64,000 nt of DNA from Bradyrhizobium sp. (GTDB lineage: Bacteria > Pseudomonadota > Alphaproteobacteria > Rhizobiales > Xanthobacteraceae), in contig DATGMN010000050.1 of assembly GCA_035293585.1 (NCBI GenBank), positions 23,274 through 87,273 of the forward strand, in the 5' to 3' direction. The stretch's first letter is position 1; every line of letters starts with the position of its first letter. A program made the position numbers and the translations under genes. Under the pieces are notes generated by a model. The model was not told the DNA's origin and did no database searches. It worked only from the letters and a program-made list of their open reading frames with translations. Positions 59,711-64,000 of this stretch are shown one piece after another.

Positions 59711-59725
59711 CGGGAATTATTCCCG
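59711..59725. promoter_or_regulatory. Perfect 7-1-7 palindrome CGGGAATTATTCCCG upstream of the TonB-dependent receptor
   Basis: Seen directly; same motif as 48855. Confidence 0.65.
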
Positions 59726-59736
59726 ATTGTCCCGGG

Positions 59737-59765
59737 AAAAGGTCGCGCCCCCGACGCGACCTTTT
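59737..59765. terminator. Hairpin terminator after the sensor kinase
   Basis: AAAAGGTCGCG-N7-CGCGACCTTTT. Confidence 0.65.
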
Positions 59766-59856
59766 GCATGTAGCGCGCCCGGACCGACCCATTAGTATCA
59801 TTGGCAATCGCAAACCGGCGGATATCAAGCAGCCGAGGCGACATGGGATGGAATGA

Positions 59857-62295
59857 ATGCGTGCGAGGGGCTTGCGGATCGCGTCGATGTCGACGGCGCT
59901 CATCATCTTGAGCGATGCGGCGCTCGCCCAGAGCGAGGGCACCGGCGATCACGTGCTGCCGACCCTGCGGGCGCGGATGCCGACCCAGCATGCCAAGCGT
60001 CCGAAGCCGAAAATCGTCGCAGCGCCCGCGGTCAGCCCGGCGCCAACGCCGGCTCCGCCACCGGCGACGGCCGAGCTCTATCCGACGTCGCCGCTGGGCG
60101 GGGGCATCTCGCCCGACAAGGTGCCGGCGAGTCTCAACGTCGTCGGGCCCGCCGACATCCAAAGGGCGGGATCGGCCAACATCACGGATGCGCTGCGGCA
60201 GAGCGTCCCCAGCATCAACATCACCGAAGTCGCCGGCAACCCGTTCCAGCCCAATCTCGAATTTCGCGGCTTTGTGGCCTCGCCGGTGTCCGGTACGCCG
60301 CAGGGTCTTGCGGTCTACCAGAACGGCGTGCGCATCAACGAAGCCTTCGGCGATACCGTCAACTGGGATCTGATCCCGACTGCGGCGATCCAGTCGGTGA
60401 CGGTGGTCACCAACAATCCGGCCTTCGGCCTCAACGCGCTGGGCGGAGCCGTCGATGTGCAGATGAAGAACGGCTTCCTCTATCACGGCGCGGAAATCGA
60501 TACCATGGGCGGCTCGTTCGGCCGCATCCAGGGCTCCGCGCAATGGGGCAAGCAGGTCGACACCAATTTCGCGGTCTATGGCGCGCTGGAAGGCGTGCAT
60601 GACGACGGCTTCCGCAACTACTCGCCTTCCGACATCAGGCGCTTCTACGGCGACGTCGGCTATCGCAGCGAGGGCAATGAATTCCATCTCAACATGGGGG
60701 TGGCCGACAACAGGTTCGGCGCCACCGCGACCAGCCCGGTCGAGCTGCTCGACCAATATTGGGGCGCGACCTACACCACGCCGCAGATCACCGAGAACCG
60801 CGTCGGCTATCTGAATTTCAACGGCAAGGTCGAGGCGACGCCGACCTGGACCTTGGAAAGCTCGGCGCATGTCCGCTTCTATGAGCAGAACCTGACCGAC
60901 GCCAATACGACGGGGACCCAGGCCTGCACCGATCCGACGCTGCTCTGCTTCGGCGACGCCTCAACGCCGGCCAACGGCCTCGACGGCAACCAGTTGGCCA
61001 ATCCCTTCGCACCGGGAGCGGTGCTGGGTGAGATCGACCGGACGCAGACCCGCTCGACCACCACCGGAGCGTCCGTCCAGGCGACCAACACGGATGAGCT
61101 GTTCGGCCACGGCAATCGCTTCGTGATCGGCTCCAGCTTCGACTATTCGACGACGCGGTTCAATGCCAGCGCCGAGCTTGGCACCATCGGTCCTGGTTTC
61201 GTGGTCTCCGGCAGCGGCATCTTTCTGGGCCCGTCCGGCAATCCGGTTTCGATCGGTCCGGTGTCGCTGCGCACCACCAATCAATATACCGGGCTCTACG
61301 CCCTCGATACGTTCGACGTCACCAATGCATTCTCCGTCACCGCCGGCGGCCGCTACAACGATGCGCGCATCGCGCTGCAGGACCAGCTGGGCGGCCTGCT
61401 CAACGGCAACGACACCTATGATCGTTTCAATCCGATCATCGGCGGCACCTACAAGATCACGCCGGGCCTGACCGCCTATGCCGGCTATTCCGAAGCCAAC
61501 CGGGCGCCGACGCCGCTGGAGCTCGGCTGCGCCGATCCCGCGCATCCATGCCTGATCTCGAACTTTCTCGTCTCCGATCCGCCGCTGAAGCAAGTGGTCT
61601 CGCACACCATCGAAGCGGGCCTTCGCGGCACAAAGGAGCTCAACCTGGGGACGCTGAGCTGGAAGCTCGGCGGCTTCCGCACCAAGAACACCGACGACAT
61701 CCTGGCCATCCCGAGCCCCGTCGTGCAAGGGTTCGGCTATTTCCAGAACGTCGGCGACACCCGCAGGCAGGGCATCGAGGCCGAGGTCAGTCTGAAGGCC
61801 TCCCAGTTTCAGGTCAGCGGCAGCTACGCCTTCATCGATGCACGTTTCCTCGACGCCCTCTTGGTCGGCTCCAACAGCCCGTTTGCCGATGCCAATGGCA
61901 ATGTGCAAATCCTGCCTGGCAACCAGATTCCCGCCATTCCGCGCCACCGGATCAAGGCCAGCATCGATTATTCGGTCACGGAGGCGTTCAAGGTCGGCGG
62001 CGATGCGATCTATGTCTCCAGCCAGTATTTCGTCGGCGACGAGTCCAACCAGGCGCCGAAGCTGCAGGGCTACACGGTGTTCAATCTGCGCGCCTCCTAC
62101 CAGATCGACAAGACGTTCCAGGTCTATGCGCGCGTCAACAACGTCTTTGACAATCACTATGCGACCTACGGCACGTTCTTCGACATCAATGCGATCCCGA
62201 ACCTCGCCAACAACGGTGCGCCGTTCGTCAATCCGGATTCGCTCAGTCCGGCGCTACCGCGTGCGTTCTATGCAGGCCTGAAGGCAACCTTTTAA
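59857..62295 (+). CDS. TonB-dependent receptor, probable lanthanide(-chelate) importer (LutH-like by context)
   Basis: Plug motifs GNPFQP, YQNGVRINE, FGLNALGGA; RAPT; NNVFD; C-terminal GLKATF. Confidence 0.9.
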   Translation: MRARGLRIASMSTALIILSDAALAQSEGTGDHVLPTLRARMPTQHAKRPKPKIVAAPAVSPAPTPAPPPATAELYPTSPLGGGISPDKVPASLNVVGPADIQRAGSANITDALRQSVPSINITEVAGNPFQPNLEFRGFVASPVSGTPQGLAVYQNGVRINEAFGDTVNWDLIPTAAIQSVTVVTNNPAFGLNALGGAVDVQMKNGFLYHGAEIDTMGGSFGRIQGSAQWGKQVDTNFAVYGALEGVHDDGFRNYSPSDIRRFYGDVGYRSEGNEFHLNMGVADNRFGATATSPVELLDQYWGATYTTPQITENRVGYLNFNGKVEATPTWTLESSAHVRFYEQNLTDANTTGTQACTDPTLLCFGDASTPANGLDGNQLANPFAPGAVLGEIDRTQTRSTTTGASVQATNTDELFGHGNRFVIGSSFDYSTTRFNASAELGTIGPGFVVSGSGIFLGPSGNPVSIGPVSLRTTNQYTGLYALDTFDVTNAFSVTAGGRYNDARIALQDQLGGLLNGNDTYDRFNPIIGGTYKITPGLTAYAGYSEANRAPTPLELGCADPAHPCLISNFLVSDPPLKQVVSHTIEAGLRGTKELNLGTLSWKLGGFRTKNTDDILAIPSPVVQGFGYFQNVGDTRRQGIEAEVSLKASQFQVSGSYAFIDARFLDALLVGSNSPFADANGNVQILPGNQIPAIPRHRIKASIDYSVTEAFKVGGDAIYVSSQYFVGDESNQAPKLQGYTVFNLRASYQIDKTFQVYARVNNVFDNHYATYGTFFDINAIPNLANNGAPFVNPDSLSPALPRAFYAGLKATF

Positions 62296-62317
62296 ACACA
62301 ACACTCGACGGTGTCCC

Positions 62318-63148
62318 ATGCAACATGATCGATCACCGAGCAACGAGAACAGCATCGACCGGAACGGGACGATCGCGCGGCGGAGCAGGGCGCTTGCGAG
62401 CCTGATCGCGATTTCGCTCATGCTGCTGCTGCCGGCCAATGCCGCGCTGGCCGATGTCGAAAATCCGTTGCTGCCGAAGAACCTGTCGCCCTGGGGCATG
62501 TTCATCAACGCCGACATCGTGGTGAAGGCGGTGATGATCGGCCTCGCCGTCGCTTCGCTCGCGACCTGGACGATCTGGCTCGCCAAGACCATCGAGCTCA
62601 GGATGGCGATGCGCCGGGTGCGGCAGCGCCTTGCGATGCTGGAAAGCGGCGGGCACCTCGCTGAAGCCGCCCGCGCCTGCGGGGAGGACCGGGATGCGGT
62701 GGCGCAGCTCGTGCTCTCGACCGCGCGGGAGGCCGAACTGTCCGACGGCATCGTCGACGACGGCTTCAAGGAGCGCGTTGCGCTCCGCCTGGATCGGGTC
62801 GAAGCGGCAATGACGCGGCAGATTTCGCGCGGCACCGGCATCCTGGCGACGATCGGCGCGACCGCGCCGTTCGTCGGCCTGTTCGGCACCGTCTGGGGCA
62901 TCATGAATGCCTTCATCGGCATCTCGGAATCCCACACCACCAATCTTGCGGTGGTCGCGCCCGGCATTGCCGAGGCGCTGCTGACCACCGCGATTGGCCT
63001 CGTCGCCGCGATTCCTGCGGTCGTGATCTACAATCATCTGGCGCGGGTGATCTCCGGCTACAGGGCGCTGCTCGGCGATGCCTCGGCGCAGCTGCTGCTG
63101 ATGATCAGCCGCGGCCATCGCGCGACGCGGCTGCGGGCGGCGGAGTAG
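62318..63148 (+). CDS. exbB: TonB system energizer ExbB
   Basis: LATIGATAPFVGLFGTVWGIM, VAPGIAEAL, AIPAV. Confidence 0.94.
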   Translation: MQHDRSPSNENSIDRNGTIARRSRALASLIAISLMLLLPANAALADVENPLLPKNLSPWGMFINADIVVKAVMIGLAVASLATWTIWLAKTIELRMAMRRVRQRLAMLESGGHLAEAARACGEDRDAVAQLVLSTAREAELSDGIVDDGFKERVALRLDRVEAAMTRQISRGTGILATIGATAPFVGLFGTVWGIMNAFIGISESHTTNLAVVAPGIAEALLTTAIGLVAAIPAVVIYNHLARVISGYRALLGDASAQLLLMISRGHRATRLRAAE

Positions 63149-63152
63149 GGCC

Positions 63153-63599
63153 ATGGCAGTGCGTCTCGGCACGCGATCGAGCGGCGACGATCTCGAGATC
63201 CAGCACGAGATCAACGTCACGCCCTTCATCGACGTCATCCTGGTGCTGCTGATCATCTTCATGGTGGCGGCGCCGCTTGCGACCGTCGACATCGGCGTCA
63301 ATCTGCCGGCGAGCACCGCTCCCGAGCAGCCGCGTCCCGACAAGCCGGTGTTCGTCACCATCAAGGGTGACGGTGCAATCGCGATCGGCGAGAGCATCGT
63401 GCCGCGCGACACGCTCGGAAGCGCGCTCGATGGCGCGACCAACAACCACAAGGACGAGACGATCTTCATTCGCGGCGACAAGGCGCTGAGCTATGGCGAC
63501 CTGATGGAGGTGATGAACAGCTTGCGCGATGCCGGCTATCTCAAGCTCGCGCTGGTCGGGCTGGAAACGCAAGGCCCAAATCAGGGCGCAAAGCCATGA
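63153..63599 (+). CDS. exbD: TonB system protein ExbD
   Basis: EINVTPFIDVILVLLIIFMV, IRGDK, YG. Confidence 0.94.
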   Translation: MAVRLGTRSSGDDLEIQHEINVTPFIDVILVLLIIFMVAAPLATVDIGVNLPASTAPEQPRPDKPVFVTIKGDGAIAIGESIVPRDTLGSALDGATNNHKDETIFIRGDKALSYGDLMEVMNSLRDAGYLKLALVGLETQGPNQGAKP

Positions 63600-64000
63600 C
63601 CGCGCTGACGTTGCATCTGCCGGAGCAAAACGGCGTCTCGCGCTGGCTGCTGGCGGGGACGGCGATCGTCGCGGCGCATGTCGCGATCATCGCATCGCTC
63701 GTGCTCTGGGATCAGCAAGCCCCGGTCGAGCCGCATTTCATTCCGGCCATCAGGGTGAGCCTGGCGCCGGTCGAGAGCACGTCACCCGAGACGCAGGACC
63801 AGGACCTGCCGGTCGGGCCGAACATGCAGCAGGCCGAGGCCGCGCCCGAGGTGCCGCCGAAACCCGAGGACAAGCCGGTCGAGACCAAGGTCGACCCGCC
63901 GGCGCAGCCGCAGGCCGAGGTCACCTTGCCGCGGGCCGAGGAGCAGAAGGAGATCCAGAAGCAGAGGCAGGAAGCGACCCCGCCGGCGCCGGAGACCCGC
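63596..64000 (+). CDS. tonB: TonB energy transducer, N-terminal part (runs off the window; absent from the ORF track)
   Basis: ATGA overlap with exbD; TM with AAH, then a Pro/Glu/Lys-rich linker (EVPPKPEDKPVE). Confidence 0.82.
   Translation, partial: MTALTLHLPEQNGVSRWLLAGTAIVAAHVAIIASLVLWDQQAPVEPHFIPAIRVSLAPVESTSPETQDQDLPVGPNMQQAEAAPEVPPKPEDKPVETKVDPPAQPQAEVTLPRAEEQKEIQKQRQEATPPAPETR

Overview
High-GC alphaproteobacterial chromosome segment. Gene content and intergenic repeats look like Bradyrhizobium or a close relative (inference). The left part (1-28.5 kb) is mixed housekeeping and accessory DNA: a CzcA/CusA-type RND permease with TolC, a crotonase, an Orn/Lys/Arg decarboxylase with a GNAT, and a GntR-linked catabolic cluster (peptide-type ABC importer, class II aldolase-like protein, HDAC-family deacetylase, 2-hydroxyacid dehydrogenase, amino-alcohol kinase, class-III PLP phospho-lyase-like enzyme). 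It is followed by a patchwork region containing two gene remnants. The right part (29-64 kb) is a ~35-kb lanthanide/PQQ methanol-oxidation island: xoxF-xoxG-frmA-gfa, fghA, xoxJ, an unannotated 26-codon pqqA, a lanmodulin variant, a Lut/Ped-type ABC system, a TonB receptor with exbB-exbD-tonB, an AraC regulator and a NarL-type two-component pair. It also carries poorly understood parts: a Rieske protein paired with a second PQQ dehydrogenase that has the lanthanide-type extra Asp but no vicinal disulfide, an IorAB-type molybdoenzyme, a SoxYZ-like/metallohydrolase/rhodanese set, a second ABC importer, and several small secreted proteins. A recurring 15-bp palindrome (CGGGAAW-N-WTTCCCG) lies upstream of xoxF, pqqA, xoxJ and the TonB receptor. 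A suhB/MmgR-like sRNA candidate lies downstream of gfa. I saw no rRNA, tRNA, CRISPR array or transposase. All calls come from motif reading by eye; no searches were run.
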